A DNA stretch of 64,000 bases from Moniliella sp. 'wahieum' (lineage: Eukaryota): the NCBI GenBank assembly GCA_003971905.1, contig RSEE01000006.1, positions 434,001-498,000 on the forward strand. The letters run 5' to 3'. Below are positions 1 to 13,800 of the stretch, one piece after another. Numbering within the stretch: position 1 is the stretch's first letter; each line of letters opens with the position of its first letter. The position numbers and the translations under genes are program-made. Under the pieces are notes generated by a model. The model had not been told where the DNA came from, searched no databases, and was given only the letters and a program-made list of their open reading frames with translations.

Positions 1-2084
1 GCCGGTGCCAGTGCCATGTTTGGACGGGCCCGGGCGTGGTGCAAGCCAGCGGAAGCGGCTGGACGGGACATGGATGCGTTTGAGGCGATGCTGCGCGGGT
101 TGACCAGGCCGACAAGGCCGTTCGCGCCCACGTTGTCGCGCAGCACGTGCATGCCACTCGGTCCACCTGAGGCTGAGGTCAGGCCTGATGCAGCCTACCG
201 CATTGGCCATGCCAGCTGACGCGTTGACGTACCGCGCCATTTGGCTGGACTAAGTATTACTTTTTCTTCTTTTCCTTTTTTTTTCTTTTTCGTTCTCGTT
301 TTCGGTCTTTGTCTCTCTCCCCTCTCTCTCTCTCTCTGTTGCGAACCCTGTGGGGGCCCAGCTTGCCTCCCTCCTGCTCCCCTCTGGAGCAGGGTATTGA
401 TGGGGCAGGCGGGCCCAAGCGTTCGTACCCACTACTGTTTTTTTCCTCCCCCCCCCCCTCTCTCCCTCTCTCTCCCTCTCCTGTCTCTCGTTCTCCCCCG
501 TGCCGTTTTACACCCTAGTTACTGTTGGTGCGGCGGGGGGGGGGGGGGGGCTGCGTCTTCCTCTCGCATATACTATTTTGCCTCGTCCTCGTGAGTCGGT
601 TTCCTGTTTTTTGTTTTTGGCTCTCGTTGCCCTCGTTGGCTTGAGGCCGGTGACCGGTGAGGGGATGACTAGTGACGCTCAGGCTGAGCACCTGTCTCCC
701 TCTCGATCGCGGGGTAGGGGCGGTGCCGCTCTGTGTCGTGCCCCACACTCGGTCTCGTGCCATTGCATCTCTTTCTTCTCCCTATCGCATTCGTCGCGGG
801 GGCAGGGCCTTTGGGCTTTGGGCACGCCGGTCGCTCTCCCTTGCCTCCCTCTCCTCGCCGTACTGGACAGACATCAGATCGTGAGATGGTGAAACCCAGA
901 GGAAACCCTATGGAGTAGGGTGGAAGTCCTCGGGAGATGGAGATGTAGAGACCTAGCTACTAACTGTGCAAATGGCCTTAATGGGCGTCAGACGCACGCC
1001 GTACCAAGGGCAGCCCTTAGTTGGCCTACTAGGCGCGTATCTCTATATTACTCCACGCTATATGCAGCCCTGCTCCGCACTGGAGGCTGGACTCGTTTTC
1101 CCCGGCCGTGGGAGTCGCTCCAGCTACCGCGTTCTTCGGTCGTCGGATCCGCCATCCGGCCTACGTCACGGTGCATCCGCTCGCTAGCACTCGTCCCCCG
1201 GATCCAGCCATTGCCGCCGACGAGTACGCACTCGTTGCTGTTCTGCGGGACCGCATCGCCGAGCGCCGCGAGCTCCAGTAGAGTCGGACGAGGCACGCTC
1301 ATTTCGATGCCTCCATTCAGCGCATTCAGTTCATCACCGGCTCCTTGGTTCAGCAGCTGCTTGTTCGGCACACTTCGGACCATTTGGCGCCGTGTCCGCC
1401 AATGGACACCGCCTTTACGGGTCGACGGGGGGCGACAGGCACCGCCACGTATAGGTTGACCGACGCGACCGGCCTCGTTGTCTCCGAGATAGCCCTGGCT
1501 CCGTCCGCTCCCTTCTCCTCCGGATGATGTCGAGTCTTCCGTTGCCTATTCCTACGCAAGCTAAGGGGAGGGCATGGTAATATAGTTTCTGTCGCCACAC
1601 ACGCGGCTGGCTAGGTCTTCTTCATTTAGCTTTCCAGAAGGTTTTTTTCTTATTGGAGCAATGTCTGTATCTGCCTCACCACCACTGTATCCCGCTCCCA
1701 CTTATGCTCGATACTCCTTCTCTCTCTCTCCGCTATATCTCGCGTCTGCATCGTAGAGACTGTTGCGTCTCGCCTGCGTTCGACATACTCTTGCGTCGCT
1801 ATACACCATCATGCATGCAGCTGATCACGCATCATGCATCGCGCGTCCTACCCGACTCACCCCTATGTTCTGCCCCTAATGGGCTCCACTCTTGGAATAG
1901 ATCTTCACAGCTTCTCTCTCTTTCTCCTCTCTGTTGACCTTTTGCATTCTTTAACAGTGCGCCCTTCCTTCTGGGTCAGATACCCCTACCCCATCATGGA
2001 CGTATCCAATCCATCTGCTTCTCTTCCTCCACCTCAGGTTACGGTTACCTAACAGTGGGACTTAGTAGTGCGCGCTTAGTATAG

Positions 2085-2880
2085 CACGTTACGCGTTACG
2101 AGATGCACTATGCCTCGCCTGGAAAAGACAGGGGCTCGAACAAAATAATAATTGCTGCAGTATACCGTAGGGTCATGATGCATGATGCATGACATGCATG
2201 ACACAGCTGTGACATGTGAATGTGGCATGTGACATGTGACATGTGATGGCATGTGACAGGTGCCAGACGTCAAGGTTCGGGCAAACGAGCGGGAACGAGA
2301 CGTTACATGCATTACAAAAAATGCTGCCAAGGCGAGCGCTCACACAAGGCGAGCGGCCTGTGAGCGCCTGGACCTGAGGCCTGAAGCCCGGGACCTGGGG
2401 CCAGGCCTCAGCCTGCGGAGAGAGAGAATGCTGCCGCAGAGAGGAGGACAGGAAAAGGGGGGGGGGGGTCGCAGTCTATGTGGCACACAGGCCCTGTGCT
2501 TCTGGGCTACCTGCTACAGCGCTGCAAAACACCTGCCGACGCAAGCTATCCAAGGCTCTCCAGTATCCATCCCTCGTCGCGGCGGCGGCACGCGCCATCA
2601 CTTGTGCAAAACGTTCAACATTCAATATTCACAGGTTCCAGCCGCAGGCGGAGACCAGCTCGCGTTACGCGTTTGTTAACACGTCATAACGCGCAACGCG
2701 CAACGCGCAACGCGCAACGCGTATTAACACAGTACGTTCATGTTTCACCGAGGTCAACCCGATCAAACGTTCAACGTTCAACACGTTCAACATAGTATAG
2801 GGGACCAAAGGCTGATGCGATAACTGATAAGGCCTAAGGCGTCTGTGGGTTACCAGCCTTACCAGCTTACCGGTTATTGT
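2085..2880. repeat. Cluster of 7-bp-period palindrome-core microrepeats
   Basis: TTACGCGTTA (2089), TGATGCATGATGCATGA (2176), (CATGTGA)3 (2226), (CGCGCAA)4 (~2690), AACGTTCAACGTTCA (2766), TTACCGGTTA (2867). Confidence 0.85.
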
Positions 2881-3554
2881 GCACGGGACCGCGGGTCACA
2901 TGTACCTGTTACACAACAGATGCAACTGAGTGCCAGCTCAGGGCCGTAACCATTTACTGATGATCGCTCCGTGGCAGTTGTGTGTGTATATGTCCAACAC
3001 CTCCGATATACAAAGAGGCACACGACATCGTAGTACGCTTGTTCAAAATGATTTCGATCCGAGAAACAACCAAAGTGGTTTCGAAAGACGCCTTAAACAC
3101 GGTGAGCAGGGCATTGAGAGGTGGTTGAGAAACGAGATGAGATGAGATCGATGACGCGCGATGACGAGACATGCCATCCTAGAGAGGATGGTTTGACAAA
3201 TACAGTCGTGTTCAGGCCTCGGACAGGCCTGACAACCCCCACCGTCACTTGTGGACGTTTTGGGGGACTCAAATTGGGAACGTTCAGGTCGTTGGGAAAA
3301 AATGTAAAATAAAGACCTCGAGGGACAAGGGCGCTCATTAGAGCAGCACCAAATCCCAGAGAGGGTTTAAAAATAAAGCCACGGCAATACGCAAGGAACA
3401 CGGCAGCGATAAGCACAAAACAAAAAGCACATATCCACACACGTGGGGCAGCAGGCGCAACTCTCATGAGAGCAAAACGAGCAAAATGAGCAATAAAACG
3501 CGGTCGAGAGAAGAGCATTCCTTGATTTCTTCTTCTTGAGCTTTACTCTCAATG

Positions 3555-4966
3555 TCATACGGTCGGAGGGTCCCAAGACATGTTGGGATGCTGGGAACGC
3601 ATATGAGTAGTAAAGTTATCTTTGCGGGAAAAGGTCTGACCGTCGAGCTTGCATTCGTACTCATCTGTAACCCAGGTCATTGGTGGTCAGCCTCATCCAC
3701 GTACAAGAGGAAGAAACGAGGAAGCTGAGGGGGGGTACATACGACGACCGCTGGCATGGCAAGATTTGGAATGGCGATCGAGGTGGTGGGCACGGCGATA
3801 CATTCTGCCGCATTCGCCGCATTGGAACTTGCGTTGGGCGGCTTCGCCCTTCTGTTTCCGCTCCTCCATCTCTTCTTCCTTGGTGGTGGGCACCCGTCGA
3901 CCCCGCCTCCGTTGGACGGGGTAGTCTGGCAGGACGCTCTTCTCGCCTTGGTCACTTGATTCTGCCATCGGGGTTCCCTCGACGCTCGGATGCAGCGGTT
4001 GAGCAGGGTAGGCCTGGCCAGCGTCTTCAAATGTGGCGGGGACTGTTGGGCTGGCAAAATGTCGGGGATCAGGGGAATCTCCTGTCCCACATTAAAGTCA
4101 CCGAAAGGGCCAAGGGGCCAATCATGCGCTTGTGTCGCGTGTGACACGTCCAACGGGTAGAGGTTCTCTTGGGGCAACACACTGGAAACCTGCGAAGAGA
4201 TGGTGGGAAACTCCTCTTCCAAGGCCAAGTAATTAGGAAGACTGATGCTCTCGGGGATAGCAGCCGGCTGGGGCAGGCTTGCTGGGCCGTGGGCAGACCG
4301 GAATCATAATCGATGTCTGGGCCCAATGTGTTGGGGGGTACAACATGTGTGGAAGTGCTGCTCATCGTTGGCAAGGCGGATGTGACGGAGGGGAAGGGCA
4401 GAGGCGCAACCGAGAAGGTGGCGTTCGCCTTCGATGGACATTTACACAATGTTGGGAGCGGCTGGGGCCCTTGCAATAAGCGGACAATGTAATGCGGGCA
4501 GGAACCGTCATTCGAATCAGGTGGCAAAAAGGTGGTAACAGATTGAGCATAAGGATCGTTCCGAACGCGTGCTGATTCATCGTAAGCGACAGCAGGAGTG
4601 GGCCTGAGGGCCCGCAGCGCCCCCGGTGTCGACCGATAACTCAGAGAGCGATACGTTGGACGACGCAGATCCAGGGTTGCTAAACTGTTGGGACCACGTT
4701 GAAGGGAAGAGTCCAAGCTGTTGGCTCAGGGGGGGGTAACCAAGGCGTTGTACCCCAGGAAAGGGAGGGGGTCATGGAGAATGTGTTGGAGTCATCGGTC
4801 TCAGAGTAGCTCCCTGCCGATGAGTAGGCACAACCCGAAGGCTCAGTCGGGGCAAGTCTGGAAGGGCCGAAGAGGTGGGCACAGGGAGGGGTGCTGTGTG
4901 TTGTTGAGAACTCGAGTAGTAACACTGTACTGGAAGGATGGGCGAAGGTGATGTAGAAAAGTTCAT
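3555..4966 (-). CDS. C2H2 zinc-finger transcription factor with two C-terminal fingers (frameshifted in assembly, one intron)
   Basis: Finger 1 is FQCGECGRMYRRAHHLDRHSKSCH (ORF 3693..3968). A GTATGT..GCTGAC..CAG intron at 3742-3665 joins it to finger 2, YECKLDGQTFSRKDNFTTHMRSQH, with TGA at 3557-3555. The start (MNFSTSP, 4966) is tentative. Confidence 0.75.
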
Positions 4967-7858
4967 GATGGTATGGTAGCGAGGGATGCGGACGGAGAGT
5001 TGGTGGGATGTTGGTTTGGGCAGGTTAAAAAAGGGGGGGGGGGGGGGGGGGTTCAGAAAGGGGGAGCCGCTGTATATGTGCGATCTGGCTGTGGGGGGAG
5101 ATGGGGTGGTGGCAGACAAGATGGTCTAGGCCCACGTGGGAGGCCACAACCGCTGTCCGCCGGTACTTGCGGCGCCGGCTCCTACGGGATGTGCTATCCC
5201 GCCCGGCTGCAGGAGCCGGGGTAAGCTAACAGGGTGCGGGGGACGGGTGACATAGTGACAAGTGGCCGGTGACCGGTTGCGCCAGGTAACTGGTGACTGG
5301 GCCGTGGGGGGCTATGGTATGTGACAGGTGACCTATGACATGCGGCACACCCATCGTTCCAGCGACAGCGCGGGCCGGGGCAGAGAGTGCTCGCACTATA
5401 TTATTGCCCGAAGAGTACGTATCGATTCGAAGTGCTAGACGCACTGCCTCGCCGCAGCCCAGATGTCAAAGGCCGCTCACCGCTCACCGCTCACGGGTGA
5501 TTCCATCCGATGCGTGTTGGGATCCGGTAATTCCCACCCACCATCATCGCGATGTCATCGATCTTTCGGTGAACCCTCCCCCCCCCCTAACCATTCTCCA
5601 TCCACCCCCCTAATGAGCCTCATGTTAACTCAAATAGCCCAGCCTTGTCGTAGAAGGACCTCATACTGCGTGGTCTGGTGCTTTTTTTGATGGCCTGGGC
5701 TCCATCCTCCTCTCAGTCGCCACCGAGAAGCGTTGCTTGAGAGTAGAGCGCCACCCTGTGTGAGATATGGTCATGATAAGGCACCAAAAATGCAATGGCG
5801 CATATGCACAAGGACTACAGAGGTGTGATTGATCTCTCATATCTGACTGAAGGTCAGGGACAGACAGTCCGCCGAGGCTATGTGCAACAATATGCCGCCG
5901 CCGCGCCACCCCCGCACGACCGCCGAGACGATGAATATGTTGATGTGCTCTGTTAGAGAATAAATTAGTTTGTCCGGGGAACGAATGTGTCGGGGGGGCA
6001 AAATTATGTTAGCACCACATCATGCATGTGACTGTGTTGATACGCATCACACCTGCCGCTGTTCTACCCGACTCTCCCCTATATATATTCTGTGCCCTAA
6101 AGGGCTCCTCCTTTGCCACCGGTCCATCCTTCTCTTCTTTCTCATCGGCTCACCCAGGTCAAACTTGAGAGTGACCTGTGATGCCAGTCCGGCCTCGACA
6201 GAATCCTTATTAAGCCTGCCGCGCACGAGACGGCGTGAATGTCCCTTGCCCGCATCTAGCGGGTCGTGGGCATGGGGGAAATGGTTGGACTCCCGCTTAG
6301 CGTACGTGCCTGGACAGTTCTTTTGCAATTGCTGGCCTGGTCCAAATCGCATGAAAGAGTAACAACTCTAGAGCAAGACCTGGAGCCAAGCGCTGCAGTT
6401 CCTGAACAAAGGTCTCGAGGATACATTGCTCGTCATCACCATACAAGATGTTTCCTCGCACAAGGGAAAGGAGGGGGAGGGGGGGCGTGCGTAGAGCGCA
6501 CGGGTACATCTGTGGTCTACATCCCAACGGCAGACACGCAGTGGCCTAATGCTGGTCGCTGCATCCGGGGTTGAAGGACATGTTAACGTCACGTAGCTTA
6601 TCATCCCAATGCTTCCCTTCCGGCCACAGAACAGTTATAGCCGCTACGCCCACACGCAGGAGGAGCGATCCGACCCCCCCCGACGTACTCACGAACCCGC
6701 ATGCGGACGTACTCTTTTTCGCCTCTGGTCTTACAAGCATCCCACAGCCAATTACCTCTACCGAGAGCACGCAGAAAGGCCCGGTATCTCCTGTCTCTTT
6801 CACGCTCCTGATCGGTCTGGTCGCCAGTAGGAACTGGCGGCAGCCCTAGTATCACAGGGGTCTCGCTACCACCCACCTCTGCGTTTCACCTCCATAACCT
6901 GGTCGTTGACAGCGGCATGACGCCGAGCATGGCCCGCTGCCCCAACGAGTTCATTTCCTCAAACGACGGGGTGTGGGTTGAGTTGGATGTGGCACGTTCG
7001 GAAGCTTGCGGCGATCAATATGTTGTGGGGTTGTGAAGCAGGTCCGACTCCCGCCTTCCACAGTTCAAACTGAATGCATCCGTTTGCTTTTTGTACCACG
7101 CCGAGGAAGAAGGGGAGCATAGCCTAGGGGGAAAACAGGGTCTAGAACAAATCAGACGGCCAGACAACTCGGTGGCAAATGGTGACCAATAAGTCATGGG
7201 GTCTGATCCCGACAATGCTATGCCGCAATTGTTTTGTTTGCTATTATGCGACCGCATTGCCAATGTGTGACCGTGTCGGCGCGCTGGGTGCCCCCTCCCC
7301 GTTTGAGCGTTGCAACGACCGTCCCCTCCGCCACGCCGCTCCGAGGTAGAATACCGGTGCACAGATGATGGTGTGCATTGCATTGCACATGCGCTACAGA
7401 GGCTATAGTAGAGAGCATTCGTGCCCTCCAGGAAGGAGTGCACCGGAAGGACCCGGGCTTGGGCTGCCGGCACCACGATCCCAGTGTGGCGCCTGTGATA
7501 GTGATGAGCCGATCGTGGCGCGGGGTAAAATGCATGGTGCGGCTGCGGGGGCGGGGGCTGTGTGCGGATGGTCGATGATGGCTGGTGCATGATGGCTGGT
7601 GCGTGATGGTGGGGTTGCTTGCTGCGCCCTGGGGCCCCCGGCAGGCGGCAGGGGGGGCGGGGGCCGCAGGAGTGTGGAGCACAGTGGCGCCGTGCTGGCG
7701 CGGGTAGGGTTGGGCCGCAGGGGCGAGAGGGGCGGTGCGGTGCGGTGCGGAGCGTGTGATGGGGGGCCAGCACGGCGCGAGTGTGAGGCGCCCAGACGTG
7801 ATGGCTGCGGGTGTGGCTGGCTGCCTGGGGGGAAGCAGGCTGGGGCAGGACGGGCGGC

Positions 7859-10800
7859 ATGTACGCTGGCCTGCGTGCGCTTGCCGTCGGCGCTGGCCTG
7901 CCACCAACTCCCCCCTCGTCGTCCTCGTCGCCGTCGCCGTCGCCGTCGCCACCGCCACGCCACTGCCACCACCATCGTCGCCACTCTCGTCGCCACTCTC
8001 GCCTCCTGTCGCCGCCATCCCTATCGCCCCGCCGCCCGCTCTTTCGCCCCGCCCCCACCACGTCTGCGCGTTGCTGCTGCCGCGATGGTCCGCTGGGGAC
8101 CCGCCGGCGCGATGCCAACAAGGGCTCTCTCTGCCATCATCTCTCCTGTCCCCCTCTGGTGTCGCTGAAGAGCCGCCACACCTCATCTCCTCGTCCCAGT
8201 CCGCCCGCCCCCGTGCCCAAACCGTCCTGCCCTCCCCGGCACATCGCACCCCCACCTCCTCGCTCACTCCCTGCCCACCCGCATCCCCCTCCCCTCCCTG
8301 CACCACCGTGCCACAGCGCCTGTTCGTTCTGCTAGTGTCACGCAGATCGCCCAACATGCCCACCAGGCACAGCAGGGCCTCCCCCCGATGCGCCGATGCG
8401 CCCCGCTGTGCACCTGCTCGCGCCATCAACCTCATCTACCTCTGTGTCCGCTCACTCGGCTCCTCCTCCTTCCATCTCCGCCCCCGCCGACTTGATTGCC
8501 ACGGCCACCGCATCAGCTGCCCCCAGTGGACGTAGCCCCTCGGCGCTGAATCTCTTTCTCTCACGCGCTCGTGGGGCGCTAGGTGGAAGCATCAGTGTCT
8601 CCGCACCCTCATCCATGAGCAACCCTTTTGGCACGGCCGAACACGAAATACCCCTCTCCCCTCAAACGAACAGTCGCTTGGAGGATGTCTCTGGGCGCGC
8701 CTCTGCCGATTGGGATCATTCCCACAGCGCCGGCCTTGGCGTCTCTCTTCTTCCCACCAGGTCCATGCCCACCGTACAGGAATCTGCTCCTGGAGACTCC
8801 ACTTTCCCCCCACGTCCTCATCCACGACGCACGGCTACGCACATACCACGTCCGATCACTATCTCGCCATCAACACGGCGCCTGATGCCCCTTTTGCCTC
8901 TTCAGGTTCCCTTACTACGGATAGCCCCACATCGCCCAATTCACCCTCAGCTGTGCCGTCTCTTGGTCCCCCGCCAACCAAGCGCCCATTTCTTTCTGGA
9001 AGACGAGACCGCAAGCTCAGTGCTGCCTCGGCCTCGGTCCGCAGTGGCCTCTCCTTGCTCTGGAGGTACGGGGGTGGTTGCTGGAAGTGTCAGCTCAGGA
9101 AACTCACCGCTCGGCGCGCCTCAGCGTAGCTTTAGCCAGAGCAGTTTGTTGGATAACTGCCTCCTCCCGACAGACCACCTACTGCCTCGCCCAACCCAGG
9201 TTCGGAGTCGCAGGACGCGCAAATCCAACCCACAGTTTCAACTAATTTCGCTGGTCTGAACGGGCGTCCGTTTGGGACGACTGCGACGTCCCCGTCTGCA
9301 GGAGGTGGAGGTAGCGACCCTTATCCAGGAGCGCAAGACTCTATCCCACAGCCTTCAGTTGCTAGGGTAGAGCACTCTCTCCGCAGCCCGGGACCGTTCC
9401 GCGGGCTTCCAGCCCGGTGCCTCTTTCGCGGTCTAACCGGCCTGCCTCGCCACTCATGTCACAGCCCACGCTGAATACGGACATGCCCCACTTCGCGCGG
9501 CCGCACCGCCGGTATGCGTACCCACTTGCTGTCCTCCGCAGCCTGGCTCATTCCCACAGCTGTCCGTGTTTCGCATGAGCACGACGAGGTGCGTCATGCT
9601 CGTGCGGTGAGTCTGGGAGGCGCACGCAGTGGTAGCTCTCGCACCATGACTGCCGGTGTGCCATCGCCTCGCACGCCGTCGGCGGTCCATCAACCCGTCT
9701 CTCTCTTCCGCCTCTTCCCGCTCCCCCGCCTCTTTCCTCGGGGAAGGAGGGGGCTTTGGAGTACCCCTCCAACTGACTCGCCTCTCAACCACACGGCACT
9801 TTCAGCACCATCCTCTACGGCCTCCCAGACGCGGAAACCTTCCAGGATGCCTTTTGGTACCCGAGTTGCGGCTTCTCCTCCGCCTAACACTCCTGGGCTT
9901 CTACCCGCTGGGCAGAGGTCTGCATCCCACGCATTGATCCAAGCCCAGTCTGCCAGTCCTCCCGACAAGAGGAAGATCTTCTCCATTTCCCCAGTACAAG
10001 CGAGGAACCGCCCCCCGTCCATCCCCTAGGTGGGTGGACACATTCACAGCACCACCAATCTGGGCACCCCTATGTCTTCATCTCAGGGAGCTTCTCAAGG
10101 CACACATAATCCCCGGGCCCAATCTCTTGCGTGGGGGTCAAATTACCACATCCAACCCCCCGGCCCCGTCACGCTCGTCGCCCAGCGGGATCGCCTTTCA
10201 CCGTGCCCTCTCCGGCCCTCCAGCCGGCATCCCAACCGTTCGAGGTGGGGCGCTGGTCCTTCCTATACCTCTACCGCGACCTCGGGCCCGGGAAACGGGG
10301 GCCTTGGTAGTCCTGCTTCCCTCCCCCAAACCAACTCAACCCGTTCTCGTGGTGCCTTTGCCTGCGGGTGCAACGTTTCAAGGCTTGCTCAGCCGACATC
10401 GAGATGCAGACGAGGGGCATCATTGGTACAATTCACATGCGTTGGGCCACGATAAAGACGGTGACGACGATGTCGACCCCCTCGCTCGTTTTCCTCAGTC
10501 TGAAAAGGACGTGTCAAAAGGATGGAAGCCATATCGTGTATTGCTCACGGAAGGAGGTCAACTCCAGTTCTACAAACCTCCTTCGGGGATGCAAGATGTG
10601 GTGCTTGGCCTGTTCCCTACTTCGGTAGTCAAATCCAGGGCGATCCGTGCGCAGTCTCCCCCACCGAAGACGAGTGAACCCGTTCCTGCACTGGCGGATG
10701 TGGTTTCGGGTCAAGCAACTTTGGATGCTTCCCGTCTCTCGGCATCGGGCCTTACCGCCCAAGCCCTCCTAGCTGCCACTGGTTCCACGGGAACGGGCTT

Positions 10801-13800
10801 AGGCAACGTGCACGATGAGACAAAGCAAGCAGAACAATGGCTTGGTTCAGCAGATTCGCTCCCGGACATGGCTCGCAAGTTTGTTGGTATCCTCTCAGCA
10901 ACTGCATACTAAAGAGGTTGAGCGTGCTGCGCGTCAGTTCTGCTTTTGCGATTTTGCGGCGGGAAGTTATTCTGTTTTGTCTGCCGCCACTGAAGGGCTG
11001 GCCCAGCTAAGGCCAGATGAGGAGGTGCAAATAACGCCTACACGCAGCTCGGTGAGGGAGAAAACGCGCCTACCCGGCACATTTGGTACGTTACCTATCT
11101 CTTCCGGGGCGCTGTGATACTAACATGAATATAGTCGCAGGCTGTGAGTGCCGTGCCCGTGGGCAGGTCCTTTTGAATGCAATGCGAGCGGAGATGGTCC
11201 CTCCTTCGCAGTGGGAAGATACACTGGAAGCCGTGACCTCCTATCGCACGATGTGGTATGCCGTGCCCGAGTGGGTGTAGAACAGAGATGTCGTGGGGTT
11301 TGCCAGAGCGAGAAGAGGACGCTACATTGCCGATGGACAACGTCCCATCACATTTGGCCCCATTCCTTGAGGGCCGATTCCCAGCTCTCTCCTCCTGCGT
11401 TTGCCGCCGCGTACGAAGTGGCCCAGCAAATCCAAGTTTGGCATGCTCGGCGCCTCCGCCCTCTGGACTGCTGGAGATACCGTGCTGAATTTGAGCTGGC
11501 TGTTGGATGGCGAGAACCTCAGGGCAGCGGGTGCTGGTCGTCTCGCTTCGTTTACCCGGATGCGCCACATCCCTTGACAGCCCTCATTCTCTCCCAATTG
11601 TTCGAGGCCCCTCCTGCCGACACCACTGGTCGTTCCGTCCCGCCCGCACGGTGCAAGCCCGCCACCAAGCCACCATCCTCCGTCACTGGATTGCCATTGG
11701 CTCATTCCTCCTTGACTACGGGGACTTGGTGGGCTGGACTGCCGTGGGAACAGCTCTAACTGCTCGCGCCGTGAGCCGGCTGACGTCAAGTTGGCGTTTT
11801 GTCGCTCAGGGCGACTCGGCGTTGGTGAGCCAAGTATGGGCTGCATCGTTGGCCAAATCGGGTTGGATTGAGCCAGCTCCGCCCGTCTCTGGACGACCCT
11901 TTGGCCCAATCTCTTCGCCCCTCCAATGACGATACACGCACCCAGGATTGACTCCATTTCCCTATTTGGGCGACATTATCGCGCTGCCGTCTCCACGGGC
12001 GCGAGGCCAAGCTTGGATCGTCTTGGCACCCTCTCAGACCGGGTCTACGCCCTTTTGGACGCTCTCGTCATCGGGCCAAGGAAACTGCGGCGCTGGCCCG
12101 TGCGTTCCTGCTTTCGCGGCTGTTTTGGATGCATGGGCCAAGAAACCCAGTGCAGACGTGTTGCCACGGCACTCGATACCTCTTTGGTCCTTGAGCCCCG
12201 GCTGCTGGGCGGAGTTCATGTCCGTTGGCGCCCTGCCTTGAGCACCAGCTCGCGGCAAACTCGACCGTTGCCTTGCTGTTCTCCACCCCTTGCCTCATCT
12301 ATTTGCCGTGATCCCAATCGGATCCGTACGCTCGCTCACACCCTTCCCGCCTCAACCGCAGTACCTCCATCCCACACGCAAACCAAGCACGTCGGCGGCT
12401 GTCCTACTGGGCCGCTCGGCTTCCGTTGCGCCTCCCACTCGTTCGCTCCGAACCAGTATAGGTACCCGCAGTGTCCCACCCATTCCACAATCCCGCGTTG
12501 TTCCAGGCGGGCTGTGCGTCCAAGCGCAGGCGGGAACGATCTCACTGCACCGACCTGGTTCCGATCGCCTTCGCTCACCCACGCGTTCATACACGTGGCG
12601 TTGCATCAGATGGAAGGGAAGCGGTACGCTGCCCATCCCTCTGCCAAAGGACCCGACGGTACATTGAACCACGCCTACTTGCGATCGGATCCGAATTGGT
12701 CGTTCGTCCCCTGAACGAGTCCTTCCTCCCCGCCCAATTGTGTTAGGGAAGGAGGCAAAACGATCCAGCGCGGAAGCAAGTCTTGATTCCGGCACATCTC
12801 TCGATGAGTGCTCAGGGGGGCGCAAGAAGTGATAGATACCAATGTACGCCGGCCGCGGCCGAGAAGGCTGTCGTCCTCGGTCGCTACAGGCACCTCGAGT
12901 CGACCTGTCTCGTGGGCTTCCTCTCGATCTCGTCGATCCTCTCTCCCGCGCCCATCCGTGGCGAACGAAATGCCGCCGTACTTGCATGTTGACGTGCAGA
13001 GTGCTTCGCTCGAACGAATGGGTACGTTGAAATGCTCTTGTTTTGCATATATGTGGTACTAGCTTTGTCTCTCTCAGTGATGTGATGGTCATGGGCCTTG
13101 AGCACATTCCAGTCCATATTCTTGATGTTGAACCTTCGGGACCGCCACGGCAGGGCCGCCTTTCGCTGACACTGAAGCGTTGATGCACACATTCCTAGGC
13201 ACTTATCGCTCTCTCTGCCACCCCACGGTCCTTCGATTTGCTTCAAAAGCGGTTCGACATGGCTCTCGCAGCTGGAACGCTGGCGGTCGAGGCAGCGCTC
13301 ACGCTCTAGCTGGACCCTACACCCTCGGCCCCCTGATTCCCCCTGTACACCCATTTCCTGTTCAGCCTGCTTCCCCGGCCCACCTGTTCCCATCTTGGTC
13401 CTTGGTCCAGCAGGCAGCCACGTCCCGCTTGTCGACTGCGACTGGTCCATGGTTATCCGTGTTCGTCGTGGGGTGCTGCACGTCTACGTACTTGGGTTAC
13501 CGACTACGCACACGACTTTACGATCATGCGGTGCTCTTTGCCCGCGCGGCCATGTTCCTCGATGAGTTGGCTTTACGGGGACCCAAAAGGGAGGATCCAG
13601 ACACCCTACTGGACGCCCAAGAGACAGCGACGTGCTTTCGCAAGTACACACTGCCAGCGGCTATCGAGCTGGTGCCCCCTGTTAACGCATCTTGGGTCAT
13701 CCGATTCTTCGTTTGACATTGACTCGGCCACTGCCACGAGCTGGTTGACTTTCTTGAGCCTGTTGCGGCTGTGTTCACAACCAAGGTGGGCAAGCAGGAT

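Noticed and set aside
260..560. Poly-T, (CT)n, poly-C and poly-G tracts
   Set aside because: Ordinary simple repeats in a probable 3' UTR or intergenic region. Their lengths are unreliable in this assembly.
900..1530. Protein-like reading (..PAIAADEYALVAVLRDRIAERRELQ*..)
   Set aside because: It is interrupted by a stop and I recognise no family or TE motif. It needs tBLASTx.
6050..7040. TATA-like box followed by short ORFs
   Set aside because: No coherent gene model or recognisable domain.
7015..8435. Long minus-strand ORFs (368 and 405 aa), and similar ones at 27087-28619 and 32168-33123
   Set aside because: These are shadow or alternative-frame ORFs of GC-rich low-complexity coding sequence belonging to the real genes.
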